DNA of 64,000 bases from Actinomycetota bacterium (GCA_030019215.1 JASEEZ010000001.1:16588-80587), one strand, 5' to 3'; positions 49,916 through 60,861 are shown, counted from the first letter of the stretch. Translations and numbers: made by a program. The notes: generated by a model from the sequence alone, not told the origin.

Positions 49916-52380
49916 GCCTCACTCTCGCCCGCAGGAGTAGTTACTTTCTCACCTTCTTTGAGGCGGAAATCGATCTTCTTTCTTTTCACATCCATCACTA
50001 TCTTCTGGCCGGAGGTAAATCGCCCGGCCAGGAGGGCCTCCGAAAGCGGATCTTCCACCAATCGCTGAATGGCTCTTCTCAAAGGTCGAGCCCCAAGGGT
50101 GGGGTCATATCCCTCTTCCGCCAGAAACTCCCTGGCGGCATCCGAGAGTTCAATCTCTATGCCCTGCTCTTCAAGCCGAGCTCGCAAGCGCTGGAACATG
50201 AGGTCGACTATGGTTTTGATCTCCTCTCTGGTCAACTGCCTGAAGACTATCACGTCATCCACCCGGTTCAAGAATTCGGGGCGGAAGGTTCGCTTGAGCT
50301 CACCGATGAATTTCTCCTTCATATCATTGTAAGAGAGAGTCTCCCCGGTCTCCTTGGTAAAACCAAGGGGTGTGGCCTTCCGTATGTACTGAGCACCAAC
50401 ATTCGAGGTCATAATAGCGATGGTGTTCTTGAAATCGACGGTGTGCCCCTGAGCATCGGTTAACCGTCCATCCTCCAAAATTTGCAGCAAGATGTTAAAA
50501 ACATCGGGATGAGCCTTCTCTATCTCGTCAAAGAGGACCACGGAATATGGTCTCCTTCTCACCGCCTCGGTGAGCTGCCCCCCCTCCTCGTGTCCAACAT
50601 AACCCGGAGGCGAACCAATCAAGCGAGAGACCGTGTGCTTCTCCATATATTCGGACATATCTATTTGAATGAGCGCATCCTCGTCTCCGAAGAGATACTC
50701 GGCCAGGGTGCGAGCGAGCTCGGTCTTTCCCACACCCGAGGGACCGAGAAAGATGAAAGAACCGGTTGGACGTTTGGGATCCTTCAAGCCAGCGCGGGTT
50801 CTCCTGATGGCACTGGAGACGGCCTTGACGGCTTCATTCTGGCTCACGACCCGCTTGTGAAGAGCCTTTTCCATACGCAGGAGCTTGGCCGTCTCCTCCT
50901 CGGTCAGTCTGACGATGGGAATACCCGTCCAGGTGGAGACGATCTGGGCGATCTCGTCCTCCGTGACCTTCATCCGATGCCTCTTCTCAGGAGCTTTCCA
51001 GCTCTCCTCCACAGACTTCTTCTCAAGAAGGAGACCTCTCTCCTTGTCCCTCAAGCCCGCAGCTCTCTCAAACTCTTGCGCCTCGATGGCGGCTTCCTTC
51101 TCCCGCCGAACGGCCTGCAGTTTTTCCTCCAAATCCTTTAGATCGGGGGGAGCGGTCATGCTCCTTATCCTCACCCTTGAGGCAGCCTCATCCACCAGAT
51201 CTATGGCCTTGTCCGGAAGGAACCTATCGGATATGTAGCGATCAGCCAAGTTAGAAGCGGTGATAATCGCCTCGTCGGTTATGGTAACCTTATGATGAGC
51301 CTCGTAGCGATCTCGCAGCCCCTTCAAGATATCGATGGTCTGGGAAACCGTCGGCTCATCCACCAAGATTGGTTGAAATCTCCTCTCCAGAGCGGCATCC
51401 TTCTCCACATACTTGCGATACTCATCCAGAGTGGTGGCACCGATCGTCTGAAGCTCTCCCCTAGACAGGGCCGGTTTGAGGATACTCGCCGCATCGATGG
51501 CCCCCTCCGCCGCTCCAGCTCCGACGAGATTATGCATCTCATCGACAAAGAGAATGATGTCGCCTCGCCCTCCTATCTCCTTCATCACCTTTTTTAGTCG
51601 TTCTTCAAACTCCCCTCTGTACTTGGAGCCGGCAACCAGAGCTCCCAGATCAAGGGTGTAAATCTGCTTATTCTTCAGAAGTTCGGGGATCTCCCCCACG
51701 GCTATCCGCTGGGCCAGGCCCTCGACGACAGCGGTCTTACCCACGCCTGGTTCGCCGATAAGCACGGGATTGTTCTTAGTGCGACGAGAGAGTATCTGCA
51801 TCACCCGCTCGATCTCCTTCTCCCTGCCGATGACCGGATCGAGCTTACCTTCGTGAGCCAACCTGGTCAGATTCCTCCCGAACTCGTCCAAAAGAGCGCC
51901 CTGCGTCTTAGCTTTCCTCTTTTCCCCCGAGCTCTTGCCGGAGTAGCTGCCGCCCAGTAGCTGAACAACCTGACCCCTGACTGTTTCCAAATCCGCCCCC
52001 AGGTTTGATAGGACGCGAGCGGCCACGCCCTCCCCCTCCCTGAGCAATCCCAAGAGGATGTGTTCCGTGCCAATGTAATTATGGCCAAGCTGTAGAGCCT
52101 CCCTCAGGGAGAGTTCAAAAACCTTCCTCGCCCGTGGGGTAAAGGGAATGTGTCCAACAGTCTGAGTGGTACCTTTACCAACAATGTCCTCAACCTGAGA
52201 ACGTACATCATCCAAGCTGATATTCAGGCTCTCCAAAACCTTGGCGGCCACTCCCTCTTCCTCCCGGATGAGACCGAGAAGCAAATGCTCCGTCCCCAGA
52301 TAGTTGTGGTTGAGCATGTGGGCTTCCTCTTGCGCATAGACCACCACCCGCCGTGCTCTTTCGGTGAATCGCTCAAACAT
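49912..52380 (-). CDS. clpC: ATP-dependent Clp protease ATP-binding subunit ClpC.
   Basis: Two Clp-N repeats, two AAA+ modules (GEPGVGKT; GPSGVGKT), UVR motif. Confidence 0.95.
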   Translation of the reverse strand: MFERFTERARRVVVYAQEEAHMLNHNYLGTEHLLLGLIREEEGVAAKVLESLNISLDDVRSQVEDIVGKGTTQTVGHIPFTPRARKVFELSLREALQLGHNYIGTEHILLGLLREGEGVAARVLSNLGADLETVRGQVVQLLGGSYSGKSSGEKRKAKTQGALLDEFGRNLTRLAHEGKLDPVIGREKEIERVMQILSRRTKNNPVLIGEPGVGKTAVVEGLAQRIAVGEIPELLKNKQIYTLDLGALVAGSKYRGEFEERLKKVMKEIGGRGDIILFVDEMHNLVGAGAAEGAIDAASILKPALSRGELQTIGATTLDEYRKYVEKDAALERRFQPILVDEPTVSQTIDILKGLRDRYEAHHKVTITDEAIITASNLADRYISDRFLPDKAIDLVDEAASRVRIRSMTAPPDLKDLEEKLQAVRREKEAAIEAQEFERAAGLRDKERGLLLEKKSVEESWKAPEKRHRMKVTEDEIAQIVSTWTGIPIVRLTEEETAKLLRMEKALHKRVVSQNEAVKAVSSAIRRTRAGLKDPKRPTGSFIFLGPSGVGKTELARTLAEYLFGDEDALIQIDMSEYMEKHTVSRLIGSPPGYVGHEEGGQLTEAVRRRPYSVVLFDEIEKAHPDVFNILLQILEDGRLTDAQGHTVDFKNTIAIMTSNVGAQYIRKATPLGFTKETGETLSYNDMKEKFIGELKRTFRPEFLNRVDDVIVFRQLTREEIKTIVDLMFQRLRARLEEQGIEIELSDAAREFLAEEGYDPTLGARPLRRAIQRLVEDPLSEALLAGRFTSGQKIVMDVKRKKIDFRLKEGEKVTTPAGESEA

Positions 52381-52436
52381 CTACCTTCCTCCGATTAGAT
52401 ATTGCAACTTAATTGTCGCCCGTGAAATAGTCCCTG

Positions 52437-53516
52437 TCAACCACCCTGAAGATTCAACCTCTCCTTGATCAGACTGGCTCGAGCAATATCCTGCTCCTCT
52501 TCGGGGAGGCTCTTCTTGATAAAATTCTGTAGATGAGCCGGCCTGACGCGAAACATCAACTCGTTCAGATCGATCCCATCAAAGGGTGGCAAAAGACCCG
52601 TTTCCACGCCCAATCTCAAGGTGGACAGCAGCTCGATGGCTTCCTCAAAGGAGACTTTCTTGGCATAACTCAAAGTACCCAACGCCCTATAGACCCTATC
52701 CAGGAACTCCATCTCATCCTCTCTGAGCAAGGTCTTTCGGGCCTTCTCCTCCTCCTTCACCACTTCCCTGCACACCTCACTCAGCTCGGTGATTATCTCT
52801 TCTTCCGATTCACCCAGGGTTACCTGATTTGAGATCTGGTAGAGATTGCCCAAAGCACGCGATCCCTCTCCAAAGAGACCACGCACAGCCGTTCCCCCTT
52901 CGGAGAGAAAATCAACCACTTCTCTCATCCGCTTGGTCATAACCAACCCCGGCAAATGCATCATCACCGAGGCCCTCATGGCGGTCCCCACATTCGTCGG
53001 ACAAGCGGTGAGGTAACCCCAATTCTCCAGGAAGGCAAAATCCAGATGTAGACTCAAGCGCTCATCGATCTCGTCCACCATCCGCCTGGTCTCAAGGAGC
53101 TGAAGCCCGGGCAGAAGAGATTGGATTCGGAGGTGATCCTCTTCGTTTACCATTATGCTTACCCGTCCATCACGAGAGAGCACCACGGCCCGCCCCTTGC
53201 CCCCAGCGCTAAAATCCGGGCTGATGAGATGCTCCTCCAATAGCATCAGCCTATCCAGGAAGGGGAGCTCTTCCAAGGAAATAAAGGTAAACTTCTTTAA
53301 AGCCGGGTCGTTGATCACAACATCCCTGATTAAACTGCTTATCTCCGCTAGTTGTTTCTCATCAGCGTGGTGAGGAAAGAAAAAATCCTTTAAATTTCTG
53401 GCCAATCGCATCCGGCTACTGATAACGATGGGGGACCATGGTCCTCTCTCCTTCAACCAATTACCGAGCTTGACCTTCAATCGGCTGTTGAGCATCCTTC
53501 CCCCTAAAGATTTCAT
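52437..53516 (-). CDS. mcsB: Protein-arginine kinase McsB.
   Basis: ATP:guanido phosphotransferase domain (..CPTNVGT..). Confidence 0.9.
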   Translation of the reverse strand: MKSLGGRMLNSRLKVKLGNWLKERGPWSPIVISSRMRLARNLKDFFFPHHADEKQLAEISSLIRDVVINDPALKKFTFISLEELPFLDRLMLLEEHLISPDFSAGGKGRAVVLSRDGRVSIMVNEEDHLRIQSLLPGLQLLETRRMVDEIDERLSLHLDFAFLENWGYLTACPTNVGTAMRASVMMHLPGLVMTKRMREVVDFLSEGGTAVRGLFGEGSRALGNLYQISNQVTLGESEEEIITELSEVCREVVKEEEKARKTLLREDEMEFLDRVYRALGTLSYAKKVSFEEAIELLSTLRLGVETGLLPPFDGIDLNELMFRVRPAHLQNFIKKSLPEEEQDIARASLIKERLNLQGG

Positions 53517-54058
53517 TCCCCTTTCAGAGAAGCAGCAAGCTTGCCTTCCAGATCTTTGATCCGATCCCTGATCTCGGCAGCCTTTTCGTATTCCTCTCTC
53601 TTGACAAGTTCCTCTAACCGGCGACGGAGGGTTCGGATCTCAAGCCTGGTCTTCATCTGCCCCTCGGCTCGCCGAGGAACCTTCCCGGCATACTGGCAAC
53701 TGCCGTGAATCTTCTCCAAAATGGGTATCAACCTGGCTCTGAACACCTCGTAGCATTCACCGCAACCAAGCTTTCCGCTCTCCCTGATATCGCTGAAGGT
53801 GGTACCGCAGGTGGAACAGGAGAGTGTGCTCTCGCCCTCAAACAGACTCTCCTTGAAGAGCTTGGCAAAACTCTGAGGATCCTCTAGATCAAGAACGTCC
53901 GCCAGTAATTTCGGGAAAGTAAAGAAAAAGTTCAACGAGGACTCGCCAGCCAGCCTTCGGGTGCACTCCTCGCAGAGGTGAAGCTCGGTCGTCTCATCAT
54001 CCATGATTTTGGTCAAATGAACGGTGGCCAAATCCTTGTGACATTCATCGCAAAGCAT
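53513..54058 (-). CDS. mcsA: McsA (activator of McsB; zinc-finger plus UVR-motif protein).
   Basis: MLCDECHK...CxxC pairs and a C-terminal UvrB/C motif (EYEKAAEIRDRIKDLE). Confidence 0.85.
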   Translation of the reverse strand: MLCDECHKDLATVHLTKIMDDETTELHLCEECTRRLAGESSLNFFFTFPKLLADVLDLEDPQSFAKLFKESLFEGESTLSCSTCGTTFSDIRESGKLGCGECYEVFRARLIPILEKIHGSCQYAGKVPRRAEGQMKTRLEIRTLRRRLEELVKREEYEKAAEIRDRIKDLEGKLAASLKGE

Positions 54059-54143
54059 AATTTTTCCTCTCCGAAGACAACCTTATTTTATCACGATGGT
54101 GGGCCTCAAACCAACACTCCAGGATGGATACTTAAGCGAGGAA

Positions 54144-55703
54144 TCAAACCGAGGCTTCCAGAAATCTCTGGACGACGAAGGCTCTGTCCAGGGAGGTGAT
54201 GAACCAGCCGGCTCGAGGACCGGACTTCTTTCCCAATAAGGCAAGATAAATAGCCTGAAAAGATTGGGCTGGACTCAAACCCAACCGCTTGCCATGCTCG
54301 TGGATGAGATTGTGTACTCCTTCCGCCCGCCACTCGCAATCCTTAAACCTCTCAGCCAGGATGACCAGGAGCCTCTTTTGCTCCCCCGAGAGCTGGACAA
54401 CCTCTGCGGGCAACTCCTCTCTGACCGTGAACTTGAAAACATCCGGAGCATAACCAGTCAACCAACTCCTGGCATAGCCAAGTCGGCGGGAAAGCCAACC
54501 CGTATCCTCGACAACATAACCGCTTCTTCCCAGAACCTCCATGGCTCGCCTCACATCCGAACCAACCATCTGGGCAGCCAGAACCAGATGTAGAAAGGGA
54601 ATCTGGGGTGGGGCCTCCTTGGCAACCGCGCCCTCCTGTGAAAACTCGTAAACCCGCCTCAAGTAAGAATCCTCGGGAAGTTCCCCGGCGAAGTAGGATC
54701 GCTCAACTCCCTGATATTCGTCGACGAGCTGGAGCAGTCCACTCACCGGATCGAACTCAATGTGCTTTTCCGGTCTAACTCTCAAAATGAGAAAGCGAAC
54801 GACCCCGGGAGGAACGATATCGAGCACCTCCTGGATGGAGATGGCCACCCCAGTCGAGCTCGCCATGGCCCCCTTGCCTTTCAGATAGATCCACTCGTAA
54901 ACGATGGGGCTGGGTGGTTCATAGCCAAAGACCTCCCTGGAGATTTCGCTCCCAGTATCATATGATCCCCCCGCGGTGGCGTGATCTTTACCGAAAGGTT
55001 CCACCGTGACCTCCAGAGTTTTCCAGCGGGCCGGCCAATCGATGCGCCAAGGAAGCTTACCCATGCCCTTTCCATAATCCGCCACGCCCTTATGCCCACA
55101 CTCGCATGTGTAATCGACGGTGTGGCTGGAGACATCAGCCCTGAATATCTTCGTGTCAGTGATGCTCTCGCAAACCTGGCATTCCACATTGAAAGGCATC
55201 CAGTCTTTGGAAATATCTCTTCCGGTCTTCTCTTTCAGGATCGAAGCGATCTTATCCCTGTTCGACAGGGCCTCCGAGATTACCTCCGTATAGACGCCCT
55301 CTCGGTAAAGCTCATGAGCTCTGTAGATTGTCGGTGTCACCCCCAAACTGCCGAGGACATTCAAAAATGGCTTCAAGAAGTGCTCGGCATAGCTTTCGCA
55401 ACAACCATCGGGGTCAGGAATCCTATAAAGGGGCCTGCCCACATACTTCTCATAAGAACTAGGAAGAAAGGGGTAAACCCTTCTTAGGGGATCGAATGTA
55501 TCGGCGATGTAGATCAAACTCGCCTCCGCTCCCCCCTTCTTTAAAGCCCGGAAGGAAGCATCGGCCGTCACAACCTCCCTCAGGTTCCCGAGATGGATTG
55601 GTCCCGAGGGGGTGATGCCGGTGGCCACGACCTGCTTAAGGCCTCGATTCTTGATTGCCTGAACTGCAATATTATCCGCCCAATAACCCATCTTCGCGCT
55701 CAT
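54144..55703 (-). CDS. lysK: Lysine--tRNA ligase, class I (archaeal-type LysK).
   Basis: PSGPIHLGN (HIGH-like) and KGKGAMASSTG (KMSKS-like) class I motifs; 519 aa; no class II anticodon-binding OB fold. Confidence 0.85.
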   Translation of the reverse strand: MSAKMGYWADNIAVQAIKNRGLKQVVATGITPSGPIHLGNLREVVTADASFRALKKGGAEASLIYIADTFDPLRRVYPFLPSSYEKYVGRPLYRIPDPDGCCESYAEHFLKPFLNVLGSLGVTPTIYRAHELYREGVYTEVISEALSNRDKIASILKEKTGRDISKDWMPFNVECQVCESITDTKIFRADVSSHTVDYTCECGHKGVADYGKGMGKLPWRIDWPARWKTLEVTVEPFGKDHATAGGSYDTGSEISREVFGYEPPSPIVYEWIYLKGKGAMASSTGVAISIQEVLDIVPPGVVRFLILRVRPEKHIEFDPVSGLLQLVDEYQGVERSYFAGELPEDSYLRRVYEFSQEGAVAKEAPPQIPFLHLVLAAQMVGSDVRRAMEVLGRSGYVVEDTGWLSRRLGYARSWLTGYAPDVFKFTVREELPAEVVQLSGEQKRLLVILAERFKDCEWRAEGVHNLIHEHGKRLGLSPAQSFQAIYLALLGKKSGPRAGWFITSLDRAFVVQRFLEASV

Positions 55704-55756
55704 TCTTCCTCGATTCCAAAAAGTCTACTCAAATATTACTACATAGGGGTTAAAAA

Positions 55757-55792
55757 ACACAGAATCGCCCCGCCAATGGCGGGGCGATATCC
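55757..55792 (-). terminator. Rho-independent terminator of greA (hairpin CGCCCCGCC-AUU-GGCGGGGCG followed by a U-rich AUUCUGUGUUUUUU tail).
   Basis: Seen on the minus strand immediately downstream of the greA stop. Confidence 0.7.
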
Positions 55793-55822
55793 ACAAGGAC
55801 GTTTTGACCATATTCAGTCAAT

Positions 55823-56299
55823 TCACTTCTTTATCCTGATTATCTCGTATTCCAGATAGCCGGTGGGAACCTCCACTTTCACTGTCTCCCCGGGTTTTTT
55901 CCCGATGATAGCCTTACCAACTGGAGACTCGTTGGAAATCCGGTGATTGCTCGGATCCGCCTCAACAGAACCCACCAGAAGATAATCCTCCTCCTCACCG
56001 GTTTCAAGATCTCTCAAGGTCACCCTGGAACCCAAAGCAACCTTGTCAGCCTTGGCGCTCCTTCTCCGGATCACCTTCGCCTTGGCGAGCAAATCGTTTA
56101 TTTGAGCGATGCGGCCCTCCACGAAAGCTTGCTCATTTTTGGCATCGTTGTACTCGGGGTTCTCCGCCAGCTCCCCAAACTCAATCGACTCTTTTATCCT
56201 TTCAGCTACCTCTCTTCGCCTCTTTTTGACCAAATAGTCGAGTTCATCCAATAACTTTTTATATCCCTCTGATGTGAGAACAACTTCACTGTTGGTCAA
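55823..56299 (-). CDS. greA: Transcription elongation factor GreA.
   Basis: N-terminal coiled coil and C-terminal FKBP-like domain. Confidence 0.9.
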   Translation of the reverse strand: MTNSEVVLTSEGYKKLLDELDYLVKKRRREVAERIKESIEFGELAENPEYNDAKNEQAFVEGRIAQINDLLAKAKVIRRRSAKADKVALGSRVTLRDLETGEEEDYLLVGSVEADPSNHRISNESPVGKAIIGKKPGETVKVEVPTGYLEYEIIRIKK

Positions 56300-56443
56300 T
56301 TTTTTTCTCTCCTTAAACTTTTAATAATTGATAGAATGAGCACCGCTCAAGCAGTGCCCATTAAAACCAGCTACGTATTATAAGAAAATATCCCCACGAT
56401 GTCAAAATTTTATCACCAGTGGTGACTCAAGCTATCTTACAAA

Positions 56444-57580
56444 CTACCTTATATATTGCATCCTTCTCCTCAACCTGTAAAACCACCTCCTGTTGCTCTT
56501 TTTCGCAGCGTTCCTTCTGATTTCCCTGATCTGTTCGCGGGTTATCCTCCTCTCAAAACTTCGAAAGCCGCCGATCTTGAAACCATGCTTCTCAGCCAAT
56601 CGAGAAATCTTCTCGACCTGATTGACTTTGACGCCCCCCACACTAAAATCCCCATCGATCCCCTCCAGGCACAATATCATCGTCTCCGCCATGCAAGCGT
56701 AAGCGTATTTATCGGGTTTCAATCTGAAATCGTAGGCAAATTGAGCTTTCCTTTTCACCCGCAAGCCCGGGATACGAATGATACCTCCCTCGAAAACCAG
56801 CACATCGTCCCTTTTCTCCAAAACCGATCTGGAAACATCGGGAGGCTGAGCGACATCGCAGACCACAGTTCCCGATTCGAGATCATCCGCAGTAATGATC
56901 GCCTTTGCATCGCTACTGGCGGTGATGACCACATCCGCATCCCTCAGAGCCCGATGAATCTCGGTGGATACATCAACCTCGGTTAAGTTCCTCAACCTGA
57001 CCGCTTGAATCTCCAAAGCCTTTCGCGTTCTTCCAACCAATACCAGGCGTGCCACCTGGGGAGCGATTACCTCCGTGCAAGCTCGACCAATCGATCCCGT
57101 AGCCCCCACGACCGCCAGTTTGGCCCCGGAGAGACGAATCCCCATCAGCTTGGCCGCCTTCTTGGTTCCCTCAATCGCCGCCGCTACCGTATAGCTGTTT
57201 CCCGTGGTAACGGGGATATTCACCTCGTTGCGAATGGCCAGCCCACCGTTCGTGACCACCGAGGTGAATGCCCCCAACCCAACGATGCTCGCACCCAGCT
57301 CCTCAGCCTTATTAATTGCCTCAACGATCTTGCTCCTGGCCAGTTCCGGATAAGCCCCCATCTGTTCGGGTAAAAGCGGAATGGTGATAAACCAACCTTC
57401 AGCCTTTCTTCTCGTCTTCGAGCGCACACCCGTCATAAAAGAACCGATGAAGGGGGGCCTCTCGCACATCCACAGGAGCACCTTTTTCACCAGGGCTGGG
57501 GGGCGCCCCTTTGCTCCGGGCTCGAAACTCTCCACATCGTCCATGTCCAGAGGATGTATCAGAAAAGCAAACCTTCTCAC
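56444..57580 (-). CDS. NAD(P)-binding dehydrogenase-like protein (shikimate/quinate 5-dehydrogenase-like fold), function unknown.
   Basis: Rossmann motif LAVVGATGSIGRA. Confidence 0.35.
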   Translation of the reverse strand: MRRFAFLIHPLDMDDVESFEPGAKGRPPALVKKVLLWMCERPPFIGSFMTGVRSKTRRKAEGWFITIPLLPEQMGAYPELARSKIVEAINKAEELGASIVGLGAFTSVVTNGGLAIRNEVNIPVTTGNSYTVAAAIEGTKKAAKLMGIRLSGAKLAVVGATGSIGRACTEVIAPQVARLVLVGRTRKALEIQAVRLRNLTEVDVSTEIHRALRDADVVITASSDAKAIITADDLESGTVVCDVAQPPDVSRSVLEKRDDVLVFEGGIIRIPGLRVKRKAQFAYDFRLKPDKYAYACMAETMILCLEGIDGDFSVGGVKVNQVEKISRLAEKHGFKIGGFRSFERRITREQIREIRRNAAKKSNRRWFYRLRRRMQYIR

Positions 57581-57608
57581 TAAAACCTCCTAGCCGAGGG
57601 AATCCTCC

Positions 57609-58049
57609 TCAACAACCCTCGATCCTCTCCTTAATCCCCTCCAGCATCATTCGGGAGTTCTCCTTCACTTTCATCTCCAAAACAGGGCCGATTAGCTCAG
57701 CCAAAGTGGGCATGCCAAAATCGAAGTCGACCGTGAGAATAATCTCGGTCCCGTCGGGGAGCTCCTTAAAAATCCATTCTCCCTCGAACTTATCGAGGTC
57801 CCCTTCGATCAGCCTGTATTTGATGCGCATATTCTCATCATCAAACTCCTCGCGCTCCCTCCAGGAGATAGAAACATCCTCCACATCGGTCTCCCACTCT
57901 GTGATGGTGGCGTTCCCGTCTCGCTTGATCACCTTCACACTCTTTACATCACGCATAAACTTGGGGTACCGCTCCATGTCTCTAGCCAATCGATAAACGT
58001 CCCCTCTGTCACCCTTGATGACGATGGATGTCTCAACGTATGGCATCAA
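57609..58049 (-). CDS. SRPBCC (START/Bet v1-like, polyketide-cyclase-type) family protein.
   Basis: 146 aa; fold-level pattern only. Confidence 0.5.
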   Translation of the reverse strand: MMPYVETSIVIKGDRGDVYRLARDMERYPKFMRDVKSVKVIKRDGNATITEWETDVEDVSISWREREEFDDENMRIKYRLIEGDLDKFEGEWIFKELPDGTEIILTVDFDFGMPTLAELIGPVLEMKVKENSRMMLEGIKERIEGC

Positions 58050-58067
58050 ATCCCCCCCCTCGAATGC

Positions 58068-59378
58068 TTAACCTTCCCCAAAAAGCGCCGAATACCTGGA
58101 TTGGGCTTTGCCGACCGCCCGCTCGACCCCCTCTACAACCTTGTCTATCTGGGACTTCGTTATCACCAGCGGTGGTTCGAAACGAATGACCCTTGGATTG
58201 TTGAGAGTGTAAACCGCAGTTATTCCTTCTTTGAGCATCTCAGGGATTACTATTCCCCCCAAGCCCTCCCTGGCAAGCTCCAGGCCAATCATCAATCCTT
58301 TCCCCCGAACATCGGAGATGATGTTGGGATGGTCCACTTGGAGATCCCCCAAACAACCTAGGAGATAGTCACCGAGGCGGGCCGCTTTCTCACACAGCCC
58401 CTCCTCCAAAACAACCTCGATGGCCGCCTTTGCCGCCACACAAGCCAGGGGATTGCCACCAAATGTCGAGGTGATGATCAACGGATTGGGAGAAAGAGCC
58501 TCCCAAACTACCGGAGTACCCATAAAGACACCAATGGGTACGACTCCTCCACTGAGACCCTTCGCCAGGGTCATGATATCGGGCTCGACCCCATAGTGCT
58601 CCACCGCAAACATCTTCCCCGTTCGACCCAGACCCGTCTGGATTTCATCGATTATCAGCAGAACCTTTTTCTCAGTACATACTCGCCTGACCTCAGCTAA
58701 AAAATCGGGGGGAGGAATGACGATGCCGGCTTCCCCTTGAATGGGCTCCAGGATGACCGCTGCCGTTTTGTCATCCATCGCTTCCTCTATGGCTTCGGCA
58801 TCTCCAAAGGGAACATGGGTAAAATCCCCGACGAGAGGTCTGAAGGGAGCCTTATATACCTCTCTTCCGGTGGCGCTCAACGCTCCAAACGTCTTTCCGT
58901 GAAAGGCACCAATGGTGGAGATTATCCTCGTCTTCTTGGTCGCCAGGCGGGCCAGCTTTATCGCTCCCTCAACCGCCTCGGCTCCACTGTTGCAAAAGAA
59001 GGAATACTTCAGGTTCCCGGGGGCAATTTTGGCCAAGAGTTCAGCCAAGTCCAACATGGGCTTGCTCAAAAAAACCTTCGAGGAAAGAGGCATCCGATCC
59101 AGTTGCTCCTTCACCGCCTGTACAACTTTGGGGTGACGGTGTCCAACATTGAAAACGGCATAGCCTCCGGCACAGTCGATGTACTCTCTTCCGTAAACAT
59201 CTTTGATGACGGCCCCTTGCGCCTCCAGCTCCACGGTATCGTACCCGGTGAACTTGAGGAGGCGAGCCAGCGAGGGATTATAGTAATCCCTCATCTTCTG
59301 AAGAGTTTCTTGAGTCAAACCCTTTGTCTTCTCGGTGTTAAAATCGGTATTCAAATTCCCACTCCCATTCCACGCCAC
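58068..59378 (-). CDS. Class III PLP-dependent aminotransferase (acetylornithine/ornithine aminotransferase-like).
   Basis: GGYAVFNVGHRHPKV..., DEIQTGLGRTG, PLP lysine TLAKGLSGG. Confidence 0.8.
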   Translation of the reverse strand: MAWNGSGNLNTDFNTEKTKGLTQETLQKMRDYYNPSLARLLKFTGYDTVELEAQGAVIKDVYGREYIDCAGGYAVFNVGHRHPKVVQAVKEQLDRMPLSSKVFLSKPMLDLAELLAKIAPGNLKYSFFCNSGAEAVEGAIKLARLATKKTRIISTIGAFHGKTFGALSATGREVYKAPFRPLVGDFTHVPFGDAEAIEEAMDDKTAAVILEPIQGEAGIVIPPPDFLAEVRRVCTEKKVLLIIDEIQTGLGRTGKMFAVEHYGVEPDIMTLAKGLSGGVVPIGVFMGTPVVWEALSPNPLIITSTFGGNPLACVAAKAAIEVVLEEGLCEKAARLGDYLLGCLGDLQVDHPNIISDVRGKGLMIGLELAREGLGGIVIPEMLKEGITAVYTLNNPRVIRFEPPLVITKSQIDKVVEGVERAVGKAQSRYSALFGEG

Positions 59379-60284
59379 TCAATTCAGCTTCTCGATCCTG
59401 GGTTTAAAATGCAGCTTCCTGAGCATATTAAGATAATCATCGGCCTTGATTTTATCCCAGGGCTTGCCCATGAGAACAACCAGTACCGCTTCCATAACAT
59501 TTGTGCCGAAAGACCGCCCGCCGAGCTCAGGAGTGGTGGTGATGAGATACTCCACGCCCCGTTGCCTTAGATCCTCGACATCCTCCTTGGTCACAGTATT
59601 TGTGAGTACCCACTTACCCCTCATATCCTTGGGCATGTATCTCCTGATAAAGAGAAAATCGCCGGCTATTATATCCGCCCCGGCATAGTACTTTTCGTGC
59701 TTGGCCTTCGGTTCTTTTTCCTGCTCACCCCCGGTGGGATAGAGCATCTTGAAGGGCATCTTGGTGACAATGGGCAGAAGCATCCGAGCCAGGACCTCAA
59801 AGGTGGAAAACGACCTTATCGCTATGGGGATGTCCAGGCCGAAGATTAAATCGCCGAAGATCATCTTGCATCCGGCCGCGTGCAGGGCCTCGGCTATCCC
59901 AAAGCGGTCGACGGCGCTCACCATGAGCACCGCCTTCCCCTCGAGCTTCAAATCTGCCTCCTCCTGGAGGTAGCGGACAACTTCCCTCTCCAGGGTATTC
60001 TTGAGCCCGCTCCCGTCGACCAAGGGAGTCTTCTTCACAACCTTCTGGAGTTTAACCGCATCCTTGATCGGATACCGTGTGCTACCAGCGTAGAGATAAA
60101 GGTCTATCCCACCCAGACCAAGGGCATCGACTTTGCCATCCATCTCCTTGAGAAGCTGGATGGCCCTGTCGAAATCTCCATTGGTGCCTATCCGTCTGAT
60201 CCTAACTTCTTCTCCAAGAAATTTAACTTTTACCTCATGGTCTCTTTTTGAGGAGCCAAGACTTATACTTACGACCTCTTTCAC
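59379..60284 (-). CDS. Hypothetical conserved protein (301 aa), overlapping the upstream aminotransferase stop.
   Basis: No recognisable motif. Confidence 0.3.
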   Translation of the reverse strand: MKEVVSISLGSSKRDHEVKVKFLGEEVRIRRIGTNGDFDRAIQLLKEMDGKVDALGLGGIDLYLYAGSTRYPIKDAVKLQKVVKKTPLVDGSGLKNTLEREVVRYLQEEADLKLEGKAVLMVSAVDRFGIAEALHAAGCKMIFGDLIFGLDIPIAIRSFSTFEVLARMLLPIVTKMPFKMLYPTGGEQEKEPKAKHEKYYAGADIIAGDFLFIRRYMPKDMRGKWVLTNTVTKEDVEDLRQRGVEYLITTTPELGGRSFGTNVMEAVLVVLMGKPWDKIKADDYLNMLRKLHFKPRIEKLN

Positions 60285-60861
60285 GCCACTTCCCTCCTCT
60301 CTTCTCAGTGACCACCGTACTTAGAATCGACCGCAACTCATCGGGGTCGACATATTTATCCTCTCTGATCGGGGATCTTCCAATGGGGATGCCCAAAACC
60401 CTACCATCAAGTATCTTTTCGATCACAGAAATTCTCTTATCCGAGACCAGGAGGACGACCAAATCGTAGTCCCTGAGTTTGGCTAAAATCTGCAGGACCT
60501 CGTTGAAGAGCTCGGTGCCGTTCTCGCGCCCGACGAAGTTAAGACGCTCCTCCTCGCTCAGGAGAAAAATGAAATCGACACCGCAAACCCTGGCGATCTC
60601 CTCCACCATTTCCTTGTTTTCGATAGGAAAACCAACGAGCGCAACCCGCTCCCCCCTCCTCACCTCGCCAAGACCTTCGAGGCGAGAAACAAAGGACCGC
60701 TCCACTCCCAGATTTAAGGCAACCTCCTGTTGAGTTGCCCCTCTTGACCGCTGATGGAGAATTTCGCCGATGAGCTTGGATATCCGCTCTCGACTGACGA
60801 CCTTCTCCCCTATGCGGATGAACTCCACAAGATTTCCTCCCGAGAAAAGAATTGTGAGCAC
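60235..60861 (-). CDS. HTH-domain transcriptional regulator (hypothetical).
   Basis: HTH ATQQEVALNLGVERSFVSRLE near the N-terminus. Confidence 0.4.
   Translation of the reverse strand: MLTILFSGGNLVEFIRIGEKVVSRERISKLIGEILHQRSRGATQQEVALNLGVERSFVSRLEGLGEVRRGERVALVGFPIENKEMVEEIARVCGVDFIFLLSEEERLNFVGRENGTELFNEVLQILAKLRDYDLVVLLVSDKRISVIEKILDGRVLGIPIGRSPIREDKYVDPDELRSILSTVVTEKRGGKWRERGRKYKSWLLKKRP

Noticed and set aside
54059-54143. CtsR operator (GGTCAAANANGGTCAAA) upstream of mcsA-mcsB-clpC.
   Set aside because: No GGTCAAA or TTTGACC direct repeat is present. The only TTTGACC is a single copy at about 55803, upstream of lysK.
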